A stretch of 49,155 bases of DNA from positions 1-49,155 of IMG/VR virus record IMGVR_UViG_3300048849_000043, one strand, 5' to 3'. The first letter of the stretch is position 1, and each line of letters begins with the position of its first letter. Position numbers and translations under genes: made by a program. Shown piece by piece: positions 24,672-34,648 of the stretch. This stretch comes from a virus (taxonomy: Duplodnaviria; Caudoviricetes). Below the pieces are notes generated by a model, which worked only from the letters and a program-made list of their open reading frames with translations, was not told where the DNA came from and ran no database searches.

Positions 24672-26771
24672 TCAGAACGAGGTCAGCGCAGCGGCGATGC
24701 TTGCGGCGATGTCCTTTTGGCCGGCCTTCGTTGGGTGGACAGCGTCGGACATGAACACGGACGACGTGGCGTAGTCGACCCACCGATACGCGGTGTCGAT
24801 CAGCGCGACGTTCTCCTCGTCGGCGACCTCATAAGCGGCCGTGAGGAAGTTCGGGAAGGTGGCCCTCGGGTCGCCGGGCGGCCAGTTCGTGTAGTCCGGC
24901 TGAGCCGAGCACACGATGATTACGTCGCCCCCTGCGCCCGTTCCCTGGGTAGACGTTCCCTGCGCTGCGGTCGACCTCGCCCGCCGCACGGTCTGGCGCA
25001 GACGCTCCTTGTAAGTGGCCGCCGAGACGCCGTCCTTGTCGTCATTGATCATCAGGCCGATGATCGTCAGCGCGGCCTTCACCATGTCGGTGCCGAGAAC
25101 GTATCCGGCGAGCCCGTTCGCGTCGTTGCCGTTCTGCCACAGGTTCTCTAGTGCGCGTCCCGACTGAGCGAGATTGGAGACCCTGAGTCCGGCGACGGTG
25201 CTCTTGCGGGCGTCGTACCCGAAGTAGACGCTATTGCCGGTGCCTGTGTTCAGGTCGTCCATGAACCGGAAGTTGTGCACCGCGTTCGCCAGACTGATCT
25301 TGGCGACCCGCTGCCCACCTGTGGCGCCAGTCGCGTCGCGCTGGTAGCCGCTAAGCGGGGTCACCGCGGTCCCGTAGGCCGGGGCGGTGGTCGTATCGGC
25401 CGCGTCCTTGCGGATCGAGTAGAAGGCGTTTGGAGTGCCTGTCATCGGGTCGAAGGTCGTGTAGTCGACGATGACCGACTGCGATCCTGTCTCAGCGGAG
25501 TAGACCCACAGCTCGTCATAGACCAGCGGAGCACCGGCATCGTCGGTCGGAGTGAAGCCGACCATGTTGCCTTGCGCTCCGGTGTCCGAGACGCGGACAG
25601 CGCCCGTGGTGTACAAACCGAGACCGCTCGGCCAATCGACGTTGCCGCTGGCGACGGTGCGCTTGAATTGCAGGCGCGGTTCGATCGGGTTCGACCATGT
25701 GGCGTCACCTGTCTGGGCGTAGGTGTTCCACGGGACGACGATGCCGGTGCCCGCAGACGGCACACCGAGCATCGACATCAGCATCGCCTTGAGCTGACCC
25801 GGCGTGGCGTTCTGGTACGACGGGTTGACGCTGGACCCGTGCCATGTCGAGTCACCCAGCACGGCGATGTGCGCCTGCCCCGTGCCGCTGAGCATGCGCT
25901 GGCGCGCCTTGATCCACTTCGCCAGCGTGGTGGGGTTGACGTTGAACCATCCGCGCTCGGGCACGAACCGACGCTCTCCAACCACCCAGGACCGGCGCGC
26001 CTCGGGACCCTGGATGCCAGCGGTGACGAGGTCGCCCACCGTCTGTTCCGTGACGACATCGGCCGCGTCGATACCCTCCTGCACCTTGGCAGTAACAGCC
26101 ACCCCAGCCGGTCCATCGGCGTCGTTGATCGCGAGCGCAATCCCTTCCGGCGTGCCACCGGGCCCGACCGGCAGAGTGCCGGCGATCGCGGTCGTGCCGT
26201 CGGTGAGCTCGTACACGAGATCGGTGCCGTCGACCTCGAGCGACTCGATGCCCGTACCCGTGGGGCCGACGACGATCGGGGTGCCGTTGCCAGTCGGGAC
26301 GGGCAGCAACTTGGCCAGGTCGCAGACCATCGTCCCGGCCGGGAGGCCGTAGAACGCGGCCGCTGCGGTCGACAGGGGCTCTGCTGTATCGGCGGCGATC
26401 CGGATGTCCTGCTTCGCGAACGCGACGCGAGTCCCGTTCGCCTTGACGTTGACGAACTCAACGGTGTGCGTCGCCTTGCCAGAGCTGATCTTTGGGTTGA
26501 TCTTGTCCGTCGTCAGGTCGACCAACTTCACGCGGGGGACAGCGTTCCTGGTGATGGCGCCGTCGTCGCTCACCTCGGTCGGGATGACGGAATTGCCACC
26601 TGTCCACCCTGTCGGGACCCCGTCGACGACCTTGGTGTACGTGATGAGCGGGGTGAAGTTGACGGTGCCTTCATCGCACCAGTCCGTGTCAGGGTCTTCA
26701 CCGCTGTCTGCGCCGTCGCCGACGACCAGGCCGAGTCGGCCGACGAGGTAGACGTAGTCGAGGTCAGCCAT
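24672..26771 (-). CDS. Minor tail / receptor-binding protein with SGNH hydrolase domain
   Basis: VLGDS, NLAQSG, GLMIND, DAVHP; last gene of the tail module. Confidence 0.85.
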   Translation of the reverse strand: MADLDYVYLVGRLGLVVGDGADSGEDPDTDWCDEGTVNFTPLITYTKVVDGVPTGWTGGNSVIPTEVSDDGAITRNAVPRVKLVDLTTDKINPKISSGKATHTVEFVNVKANGTRVAFAKQDIRIAADTAEPLSTAAAAFYGLPAGTMVCDLAKLLPVPTGNGTPIVVGPTGTGIESLEVDGTDLVYELTDGTTAIAGTLPVGPGGTPEGIALAINDADGPAGVAVTAKVQEGIDAADVVTEQTVGDLVTAGIQGPEARRSWVVGERRFVPERGWFNVNPTTLAKWIKARQRMLSGTGQAHIAVLGDSTWHGSSVNPSYQNATPGQLKAMLMSMLGVPSAGTGIVVPWNTYAQTGDATWSNPIEPRLQFKRTVASGNVDWPSGLGLYTTGAVRVSDTGAQGNMVGFTPTDDAGAPLVYDELWVYSAETGSQSVIVDYTTFDPMTGTPNAFYSIRKDAADTTTAPAYGTAVTPLSGYQRDATGATGGQRVAKISLANAVHNFRFMDDLNTGTGNSVYFGYDARKSTVAGLRVSNLAQSGRALENLWQNGNDANGLAGYVLGTDMVKAALTIIGLMINDDKDGVSAATYKERLRQTVRRARSTAAQGTSTQGTGAGGDVIIVCSAQPDYTNWPPGDPRATFPNFLTAAYEVADEENVALIDTAYRWVDYATSSVFMSDAVHPTKAGQKDIAASIAAALTSF

Positions 26772-26796
26772 CAGTTGCTCCCAGGGGTTGAAGTCG

Positions 26797-27159
26797 TCAT
26801 GGACGCGCGGCGATGTAGTGAACGGTGGCGGCGCCGATGCCGGTCGCCGTGTAGGCGTTGCGGAGCAGGATCGTGAAGCCCGTGTTCGTGATGCTGTTAG
26901 TGACGATCGCTACGTAGATCCAGTCGGGGTTCCCCTCAAGCGAAAGCGCGACCTCCGGCACCACACCTTCCGGGAATGGGTCGGCGAACACGATGTTGTA
27001 CGGCGTAGCGGCCTGCGGAGGCGGCGTCTTGGTAATCCTGCCGACTCGTGGCAGTCGTGCAGCTACGGCTTCAGCCAGCGCTTTGATGTCGGCCGGTGGG
27101 TTGTTGGAACTGCCCAACCCGTCTGGAAACGGCAGGTCCCCGAAATCTGTGGATCCCAT
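26797..27159 (-). CDS. Minor tail protein (H-lectin/gp53-like C-terminus)
   Basis: LPFPD...IKALAEAV; IVFADPF...P.V...ITNTGFTI...VHYIA. Confidence 0.7.
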   Translation of the reverse strand: MGSTDFGDLPFPDGLGSSNNPPADIKALAEAVAARLPRVGRITKTPPPQAATPYNIVFADPFPEGVVPEVALSLEGNPDWIYVAIVTNSITNTGFTILLRNAYTATGIGAATVHYIAARP

Positions 27160-27166
27160 GATTCTC

Positions 27167-27388
27167 CTAGGTGGTCTTGAAGCAGATCGGAAGTGACGGG
27201 GGCGCCCAGTACGCCATCCCCGATTCGCCTGACCCGAAGGTTGAGCCGGCCTGGATGCGTGCTCGAACAGGGGTCGTGTTGTCGCCGTCGAGGTAGACGG
27301 TGAAAGGCGAGGTCGTCACACAGGTCACGGACACCACACGGACTGGGCGGCGGGGGATCTTGTTGCGGATCTCGGATGCGAGGCTCAT
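27167..27388 (-). CDS. Small minor tail protein
   Basis: Position in the tail module; SPFTVYLDGD. Confidence 0.6.
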   Translation of the reverse strand: MSLASEIRNKIPRRPVRVVSVTCVTTSPFTVYLDGDNTTPVRARIQAGSTFGSGESGMAYWAPPSLPICFKTT

Positions 27389-28530
27389 GCGGCTTCCTCG
27401 ATTTCAGCGAGTTCGGATGCTCTGGCCGTGAAGCTCATTTCGCCTGTTGCGAGGTCCATCTGCCAAGAGTTGAGAAGGTAGAGGTCGTCGAGCCCAGGGT
27501 CAGTGTCGGTGTCTTCGTGGACGACGAACGTGTTGTCGCCTGGCTCGAGTGCCGGGTTGGAGAGGGCAGTCACGTTGATGACTCCGGTGGTGCCGAGCAG
27601 CCGTTGCAGGATCGTCTCGCCGGCCGCGATCGCTTCCTCAGCGGTGGTGAGCGTCGGGGACACGTAGAAGAACGGGACGACACCGATCTTGCTGTGATGG
27701 CGGGGGTGGTCCGGGTTGAGGACGGGGACCTCTTGGCGGGTCCATGTCTGGGTTTCGTCGATCGGGACGACGATCACCGTGTTGTACAGCTGGTCGAGCG
27801 GCATGTCACGGTCGGCGGTGAAGATGTTGGACTTGGTGCCTGTGCGGAACGTCCAGACCGCTGCGCCGATGTCGAGCACTGGTTCGTTCTGGACGATCCA
27901 GACGCCGCCGGCGTCGAAGCCCATGTACAAGGACCCGTCGGTCGACATGTCGGTCAGGAACTGGGTGCGGTCCCGGTCCCACACGTTGTTGCCGGCCGTG
28001 TAGGTGCCACCGTCAGCGAGGACCAAGGTCACCACGTCGGGGATCGCGTCAACGACCGCTTCGGCGGCCAACGCACCGCGTGCCCCGGTACCGGGGGAGT
28101 AGGGGGCAGTGAAGCGGCATCGTTGAACCCGGGTGTACCTGTCTTCCAGCGTGAGCGAGATGTCGCCGCCGGTGATCCGGACACCGCCCTTAACCGCTTC
28201 GTACACTCCGCAGTCGACGAGTTCCATGTCGCCGGCACCGAAGTCGATGCCGTGGTCGATGTCGAAGACAGCTCCGGGTGTGGACAGCGCCTGGTAGGTG
28301 TCGTTGCCGGGTTCAGGGACGACCGTCAGGGTGGCGCTGTAGCGAGTGCCTCCGGAGTTCGAAGCGGACACACTCCCCGACGTCCAGCCCGGACCGTACC
28401 GTCCGTTCGCGTCCTGGATCGACTGCCCGATTTCCAAGGGGTCGTCGCCAGGGACCGTGCAGGTAATCTTCGTGACCCGTTTGTGGGACGTCTCCAGTGC
28501 GCGAGCGAACCGGCTACTGATGGGCCTCAT
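27385..28530 (-). CDS. Minor tail / baseplate hub protein (DUF5047-like)
   Basis: MRPISSRF...NPALEPGD; position in the tail module. Confidence 0.8.
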   Translation of the reverse strand: MRPISSRFARALETSHKRVTKITCTVPGDDPLEIGQSIQDANGRYGPGWTSGSVSASNSGGTRYSATLTVVPEPGNDTYQALSTPGAVFDIDHGIDFGAGDMELVDCGVYEAVKGGVRITGGDISLTLEDRYTRVQRCRFTAPYSPGTGARGALAAEAVVDAIPDVVTLVLADGGTYTAGNNVWDRDRTQFLTDMSTDGSLYMGFDAGGVWIVQNEPVLDIGAAVWTFRTGTKSNIFTADRDMPLDQLYNTVIVVPIDETQTWTRQEVPVLNPDHPRHHSKIGVVPFFYVSPTLTTAEEAIAAGETILQRLLGTTGVINVTALSNPALEPGDNTFVVHEDTDTDPGLDDLYLLNSWQMDLATGEMSFTARASELAEIEEAA

Positions 28531-29765
28531 GTGGGCCCGATCAGGCGGTCGAAGTACGTCGGGAACTCGGCCAGCGAATCTCCGTAGGTGGGGTTGAGGA
28601 GCAGATCGGTCCCATACGTCCAGACCGGTGCCTGTCGGACGATCGGGGGGTCGACAGGCGTCAACGGCAGCGAGATGAGTCGTTCGGGCGAATCGAGTCG
28701 AGGGCGGGGGCGGTCCTCGGAGTAGTCACCGACCGAGTACCAGTCGTCCGGGAGATCCCATGTCCATCCAACAGGTGTGCGCAGCAGCAAAGGCGTCTGG
28801 TCCTCCGTGAGGGACTCGACGGAGTCCCGATCGACCAGCGTCATGGCGCGCAACACGAGAGTCCACTCTGCGGCAGCACGGGATCCGGAAGTGATGACGA
28901 CGGCCCGCTTACGCCCATACGGTTCGTGGCGGGTGGAGCGTGCAGCTCGAGTTTTCGAGCCCTTCGTCGTCCTGTCCACATTGACACCGCTGTCACGGAA
29001 TCGGTGCTGGCCGGGGTCGATCGACACCGAAAGCGATGGGAACGTCGGATGTATCAGCCATGCCTCACTGACATCCAGCAACGCCTGAGCCGTGTAGGTG
29101 AACGGGAGTTCTGCTGGGGTCGAGACAACGAAATCCTCGACAAACCCCGCGGGCGAGGCGAAGACGTCGAGCGTGTTCGTCGTCGCGTTGGGGCCCCGGG
29201 GTCTGATCCAAGTCCCGTCAGCTGTGGTGATCGTGGCGCTCTCCTCGTCCCAGACGAGCGTGAAGGGACCGTCGAGTCCGCTGACCCATGTGAGCGGACC
29301 GCCGTAGTTGATCTGCTCACCACTCACCCCGGAGAGGATGTAGATCAGACCAAACGCGATGGAAACCGACCCAGATGCCTTGGTGATCCCTTGCGAGATG
29401 ATCCGGCCACGGGCCGGGAAGGTCAGCGCCCGTGTCACCCCTCCGTTGCTGAGATGGCTTCCAGCGACTGACGGCGACCCAGCGGATGTGGTCCACCCCG
29501 ACAGCGAACCCCACGTTTCGTTGTGGAGGGTCGAGTAGGTCGCGACGGAACCCTGGGCGGTGTACGTCACGTCCACACCGAACGGTGCCTCGTAGTCGAA
29601 AGTGACCGCTGATGTGCCGCCGATGTACGGCTGCTCCCGGATCGGCTGGCCATCCCGCAGCACTGTCAACGAGGTGAACGTCTTCGACGGGTCACCGGTC
29701 TCGATGTCGATCCGCACTCGGGGTGCCGGATCCGCTTCAGGCTGGGGAGTGACCGTGATTGCCAT
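28527..29765 (-). CDS. Distal tail-like minor tail protein
   Basis: DYEAPFGVDVTY, AWLIHP; follows the tape measure gene. Confidence 0.8.
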   Translation of the reverse strand: MAITVTPQPEADPAPRVRIDIETGDPSKTFTSLTVLRDGQPIREQPYIGGTSAVTFDYEAPFGVDVTYTAQGSVATYSTLHNETWGSLSGWTTSAGSPSVAGSHLSNGGVTRALTFPARGRIISQGITKASGSVSIAFGLIYILSGVSGEQINYGGPLTWVSGLDGPFTLVWDEESATITTADGTWIRPRGPNATTNTLDVFASPAGFVEDFVVSTPAELPFTYTAQALLDVSEAWLIHPTFPSLSVSIDPGQHRFRDSGVNVDRTTKGSKTRAARSTRHEPYGRKRAVVITSGSRAAAEWTLVLRAMTLVDRDSVESLTEDQTPLLLRTPVGWTWDLPDDWYSVGDYSEDRPRPRLDSPERLISLPLTPVDPPIVRQAPVWTYGTDLLLNPTYGDSLAEFPTYFDRLIGPT

Positions 29766-29767
29766 GA

Positions 29768-32700
29768 TCAGCCGTTCCTCAGGTCTAGGTGCGTCTTCGT
29801 GTCGTACTTGTCGACGACCTTGGTAGCGATGCCGGTGATGTATGCGTCACCGTTCACGATTTCGAGCTTGCCGGTGATCTCAGTCGCTCCGCTGAGCCCA
29901 CCGGCACCCATGTTTCTGAGGGCATCATCCATCGCGGCCGTGGTGCTTGGAGGCAGCACGCGTTCAGGGCGCATCGTGTTCTTGACCAGCAGCCCACGGG
30001 TGGACGCGATGCCCCCCAGGTCGTAGGTGTCCCCGCGGCCCCCGATTCCAAGGTTGTGCAGGCCGGCGTCGATGTCGTCGATCGGGTTAAGCTTCTTCTT
30101 CGCCCAGTCCACGGCCATGCCACCGACCTTGCCGGGGGCCTTGCGGAGCATCCCGCCGAACGGCCCGGCTGCAATGCTGTCGGAGATCTTCTTCGTCGCC
30201 ATGACGACAGACTTGATCTCCTTGACCGGGTTGAAGCTCGACCCGCTACCGCCGTTGCCGGACGGCATCTTCGCCCCACCAAGGAACGCCACCGCCGCTG
30301 CGCCCTCATCGGGACCCTCTCCGACGAGGCCGAAGTGCAGGTGCGAGCCACCCGGACCCTTCGGGCGCACGTTGCCGGTGTAGCCGATGAGCCCCATCGT
30401 CTGACCTGCGGCCACCTTTTGGCCGGCCTTGACCAACACCTTGGACGAGTGACCGTAGGTGAGGGTGGGACCGCCGTTGGTCTTGAGGAAGACCGCGTCT
30501 CCGTAGCCTCGACCCCAGCCCGTGTATGCCACGGTGCCAGCCTTGGCAGCGAAGTACGGGTCGCCGAGACCGTTCCCGGCCCCGTTGAGGTCGATGCCGT
30601 CATGGTCCGGGTAAGTGGACCACTGCTTAGACTTCGTCGGCCACACCACACCACCACCGGCGAATGCCTGGACACCGTTGGCATACCCGCGGCCGCTACG
30701 GATCGCGGCCTTGTTCATGGCGTCGACTGCAGACTTGCCGCCCACCGCGGCGGTCCACTCCGGACGCATGACAGCTTCGCCGCCGGACAGGTGGAGTCGC
30801 CCGCCAGTTGGCGAGGTGAAGGTGTGGATGTCGCGGCCAGGCGACCATCCCGGCAGCACACCACCCGTGGCGGCCTTCGTGGGGCCGTGCGGTGTCGGTG
30901 CTGGACCCTTCCCGGGTGTCGCCTTTGGCTTGCTGTCGACGTCGAACCGGAAGTTGAAGCTCAGGCCGAAGAAGCTGGCGATCTTGTCGATGCCCTTGAA
31001 GAAGACGTTGAGTGCCTTCTTGATGGTGTCGAGGGGGTTGGTGACGGCAGAGACGACACCTGACCATGCTTCGCTGATGCCGTCTTTCGCAGTGAAGAAG
31101 GCGTCCTTGACCTTGCCCACACCGGACCGGATCTTGCCGAAGTTGTCGGAGATGACGACGACGGCTGCCCCGATCGGCCCGCCGAGGATGACAGCCAGCG
31201 TCTTCCAGTTGTCGCGGATCCAGAAGAAGCCGCCCTTCAGCACGCCCCAGGCGGCATCGACGCCGTCCCGGAACCAGCCGACCTTCTTGTACATGACGAC
31301 GACACCGGCGCCCAGGGCGACGAGACCGACGATCACGAGTCCGATGGGATTGGCAGTGAGTGCGGCGTTGAGGAGCCACTGACCAGCGGCCCACGCCTTC
31401 GTAGCGATGCCCGCGGCTTTCGTCGCCAGCGTTGTGGCAGTGGTCTGCACCCACAGAAGTCCGAGCTGGATACGGGTACCAATGGCCGCCTTGCCCGCGA
31501 GATTCTGGACGAGCGTGAACGCGCTGGTCGCTGCCGTGCTTGCCCTAGTCGCTACCGTCGTGGCGATCTCTTGTGCCCGCAGGAGAGCAAACTGGATACG
31601 GAACCGGAAAGTGCTAGCAGTTCCCGCGTTCACGGCTGCGGTGTGCGCCATCCACGCCCTTACAGCAAGGGTGACGGGGGACGTCAAGATGCGGAAGAGA
31701 CTGACGATTTTGGTCAGTGGTACAGCCAGCGCCGCAACGCCGGATGACATAGCCACGAAGGCCACAGCGCCTGCAGTGATCTTCGGGTGGGCGTCCGCGA
31801 ACTGGACCACAAACCGGGAGAAGCTGCTAATGATCTCGAGCAGCTGGTGACCGAGAGGCGCGGCAGCTTCACCGAGCGCGATGATGGCTAGGCCGAGCTC
31901 GCCGAGGGTGGAGAGCAGGAGGGGCCCGTTCTCGCGGACGTAGGCGACGAACCCGTTGAAGCCGTCGGAATCCTTGAGGCCAGCACTCCAGTCAGCGAAC
32001 TTGGCGGTGAGGTCGACGAGCCCGCCGGACATGCTGGTCGACAAGGGCATGAACGCAGTGAGGAGGTTCCCGAAGCCGGTCGCGAGGTTGATGATCCCCT
32101 GCGTGGCGTCGCCAGCGATCCCAGCGGTGAACTCGCCGAAGCTCGCAGACCACGCCTTGAAACCGTCAGAACCGAGCGCCCTACCGAAAGCGTCGAACAT
32201 CCTGCCCGCAGCGCCGGCCACCGGTTCCATGAACGCGGCCAGGGGGCTGAGACCAGCCCGGAGCGCGTCCATGCCCTTCACCAATGCGGGAAGGACGAAC
32301 GGGTCTGTGGTGTCCTGGAACCCGGACCAGGCGGTCTTCAGCCGGTCGATGCCCGCTGCGGCAGCCCGCTGCGCGGGGGACATGGCGGCGAGGGCGTTGG
32401 CCTGGGCCACCTGAGCGTCGGACGCGGCAGATTGGGCGGCCGCGAGATCCGCCGAAGCGGCAGCAACAGCAGCTGAGGAGTCAGCGATCGACCGGGCCGC
32501 GTCAGCACGCGCTTCGGCCACATCCTTCGATGCAGCGGCACGGGTCTCCGACAGTTCACGGCGGGCGTCGCGGACACCCTGCTTGGCCTCGTCGCGTTCC
32601 TTCTTCGCGTCCTCGTAAGCCTTGCGAGCCTCGACGACACCGGGGTTGCCCTCGGTGCCGCCCTTCTCGGCGTCCGCGAGTTCCTTCGCGTTGTCGGCGG

Positions 32701-33583
32701 ACTGCTTGCGGGCGTCCGACAGGCGATCCTCAGCCTCGGCGACACCCAGCTTGGCTTTGCGGAGGTCCAAGGCTGTGGATGTCACATCGTTCTGGACACG
32801 CGCGAGCTCGTTCTGGGCGTCGATCAAACCGATCTCTGCGCCCTCGGTGCTCAGGGAGTCGTCGGTCGCACGGGCGCGGAGGTCGTCAAGATCGCGGATG
32901 GCCTGCTGCCGGGCGTCGTGGATGTCCACGAGCCCTTGACGGACCTTGTCCTGGGAGTCGGCGAGCTTCTGCTGCGCGCTCACCAAACCGTCTTCGGCTG
33001 CCTTCACTTGGCGTGCGGCAGCAGCGCGTGCGTTGGCGACGGACCGTGCGGCAGCAATGCGTGTGCCGGCGGCGGAACGTTCGGCTGCGGCAAGGGACTG
33101 CTGCGCACCCTGCAGCGTCTTCACCGCCGCGGCGCTGGCCGTGGTCGCCGCCGTCAGCTCGTCCTGACGGCCAGTCAGCCGCTTGATCGAAGCGGCGCCC
33201 ACCGCGGCCATACCCGCGAACCCAGCGAGACCGGCAGCGCCGATGCCACCCACCGCCGCTGCGCCACCCACCGCCGCTGCGAGAGCTGGAGCGGCCACCG
33301 GGGTCAGCGCGATACCGACGTTGATGAGGAACCGGCCACGGGTCAGCCGGTCCAAGCGTGACTTGATCGCCGACAAGGACCGGTCGAAACGGGACCGGTC
33401 GACGTCGACCTGCACCGTGACCGGCTTCGCCGGCCGCATCATGATCGGCTTCTTCGACATCACAGGGTTCACCTGGATGTCGATGGCCTTCATGTTGGCC
33501 TTGACCCACGTCTCGGTCTTCGTCTTGAACCCACGGAACGACGGGCCTACGACGATGAACGCCTGCCCAGCACGTACAGCCAT
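29768..33583 (-). CDS. Tape measure protein with C-terminal M23 peptidase
   Basis: 1271 aa, Ala-rich coiled coils, ANPIGLVI, HDGID...YGH...HLHF. Confidence 0.95.
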   Translation of the reverse strand: MAVRAGQAFIVVGPSFRGFKTKTETWVKANMKAIDIQVNPVMSKKPIMMRPAKPVTVQVDVDRSRFDRSLSAIKSRLDRLTRGRFLINVGIALTPVAAPALAAAVGGAAAVGGIGAAGLAGFAGMAAVGAASIKRLTGRQDELTAATTASAAAVKTLQGAQQSLAAAERSAAGTRIAAARSVANARAAAARQVKAAEDGLVSAQQKLADSQDKVRQGLVDIHDARQQAIRDLDDLRARATDDSLSTEGAEIGLIDAQNELARVQNDVTSTALDLRKAKLGVAEAEDRLSDARKQSADNAKELADAEKGGTEGNPGVVEARKAYEDAKKERDEAKQGVRDARRELSETRAAASKDVAEARADAARSIADSSAAVAAASADLAAAQSAASDAQVAQANALAAMSPAQRAAAAGIDRLKTAWSGFQDTTDPFVLPALVKGMDALRAGLSPLAAFMEPVAGAAGRMFDAFGRALGSDGFKAWSASFGEFTAGIAGDATQGIINLATGFGNLLTAFMPLSTSMSGGLVDLTAKFADWSAGLKDSDGFNGFVAYVRENGPLLLSTLGELGLAIIALGEAAAPLGHQLLEIISSFSRFVVQFADAHPKITAGAVAFVAMSSGVAALAVPLTKIVSLFRILTSPVTLAVRAWMAHTAAVNAGTASTFRFRIQFALLRAQEIATTVATRASTAATSAFTLVQNLAGKAAIGTRIQLGLLWVQTTATTLATKAAGIATKAWAAGQWLLNAALTANPIGLVIVGLVALGAGVVVMYKKVGWFRDGVDAAWGVLKGGFFWIRDNWKTLAVILGGPIGAAVVVISDNFGKIRSGVGKVKDAFFTAKDGISEAWSGVVSAVTNPLDTIKKALNVFFKGIDKIASFFGLSFNFRFDVDSKPKATPGKGPAPTPHGPTKAATGGVLPGWSPGRDIHTFTSPTGGRLHLSGGEAVMRPEWTAAVGGKSAVDAMNKAAIRSGRGYANGVQAFAGGGVVWPTKSKQWSTYPDHDGIDLNGAGNGLGDPYFAAKAGTVAYTGWGRGYGDAVFLKTNGGPTLTYGHSSKVLVKAGQKVAAGQTMGLIGYTGNVRPKGPGGSHLHFGLVGEGPDEGAAAVAFLGGAKMPSGNGGSGSSFNPVKEIKSVVMATKKISDSIAAGPFGGMLRKAPGKVGGMAVDWAKKKLNPIDDIDAGLHNLGIGGRGDTYDLGGIASTRGLLVKNTMRPERVLPPSTTAAMDDALRNMGAGGLSGATEITGKLEIVNGDAYITGIATKVVDKYDTKTHLDLRNG

Positions 33584-34320
33584 CAGCCCTCCTCAGTGGT
33601 TTCCTGCTGGGCGAGCCAGCGTGCGTGTGCGGCTTCGACGTCGGCGATGATCTCGTCGTAGTGGCCGAGCTCCTGGCGTTCCTGGAGGCGGCTGGTGGCG
33701 CCGGCCGGGCGAGGCATCGGAGGGATGTTGACCTTCGCGCCGGCGATGGACCCGATGGCGGAGAGGATGTCCCCCAACCTGTCCGCGATGGTGGCGAGCC
33801 GTTCAGCTTCTGGGGTCCATTCGGTGAACCGAACCTCCGGCGCGCGCGACGGCACATCATCAGGCAGTTCAGCGATGTCGTCGTCCTGCGCGAGCGCCTC
33901 GGACAGGCGGGAGTGCCGCGGGAACCCGTCGATCCGGTCCATGAGCTCGTCGGGCACCATGTCGCCGCGGAACACGGCCAGGCTGTCGATGCCGTAGAGC
34001 TGGGTCAGATCTGAGGCGATCGCGGAGCCGTACCGGTCGATCAGCGCGATTAGGCGGCGGGCTCTCGAGCAGCCGAAGTACTCGGACAGGTCGATCAGCA
34101 CCATTTGGAGGACTGCCATGTCCTCTGAGCCGACGGCGGCGAGAACGGCATCGGAGGCGTCCCCGGCTAGACGGACGAGCCTGTGCGCTGTCGGCGCAGC
34201 CGGGTCATACGCGAGCAGATCATCTGTTGAGGGCCAAGGGATCTTCACGGCCCCGGTGTCGTGCCGAAGCACGAAGGACCCCCTGAGCGCCCATGACCGG
34301 TAGCGCGCTACCGGATGCAT
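33583..34320 (-). CDS. Tail assembly chaperone, GT-type (contains its own diverged G-like domain)
   Basis: N-half resembles the 34340-34648 protein; C-half IASDL...YGID...HSR...W.PE...MPRP is typical of T domains. Confidence 0.75.
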   Translation of the reverse strand: MHPVARYRSWALRGSFVLRHDTGAVKIPWPSTDDLLAYDPAAPTAHRLVRLAGDASDAVLAAVGSEDMAVLQMVLIDLSEYFGCSRARRLIALIDRYGSAIASDLTQLYGIDSLAVFRGDMVPDELMDRIDGFPRHSRLSEALAQDDDIAELPDDVPSRAPEVRFTEWTPEAERLATIADRLGDILSAIGSIAGAKVNIPPMPRPAGATSRLQERQELGHYDEIIADVEAAHARWLAQQETTEEG

Positions 34321-34339
34321 GAACGCTCAGGGGGGTGTG

Positions 34340-34648
34340 TCACAGGCCGATCTCGAAGTGCTCGCGCAGGTCGTCGCCGAACTGGTTGAGCGCCGTGTAG
34401 TCCTCCGGGCCGAACAGCTCGAAGATCTCCGGGGCGTGGTCACCGCAGATGAGGTTGATGACCTCGCGGGACGAACGGGCCTCTTCGACGGCGAGGAGGG
34501 TGTTGCCGTCCGGGCGTGCGATCGTGATCGACGTGTCGGTGTCGACCTCCAGCACGAAGGGTCCCTTCTCGTCCGCGACCTTCTTCGCCGCGTCCTTGTA
34601 GGACTTGAGGCTGTAGGTCGTGGCCTTCTTCTTCTGGGCGTTGCTCAC
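34340..34648 (-). CDS. Tail assembly chaperone, G-type
   Basis: PFVL...ITIARP...DLREHF; lies between the major tail and tape measure genes. Confidence 0.75.
   Translation of the reverse strand: MSNAQKKKATTYSLKSYKDAAKKVADEKGPFVLEVDTDTSITIARPDGNTLLAVEEARSSREVINLICGDHAPEIFELFGPEDYTALNQFGDDLREHFEIGL

Noticed and set aside
24600-24800. Diversity-generating retroelement target with downstream hairpin
   Set aside because: No reverse transcriptase and no template repeat were seen, and the C-terminus is SGNH rather than a C-lectin fold.
34321-34360. Slippery site or stop read-through joining the chaperone ORFs
   Set aside because: There is no XXXYYYZ before the stop, the C run lies after the TGA, and the downstream ATG is out of frame.
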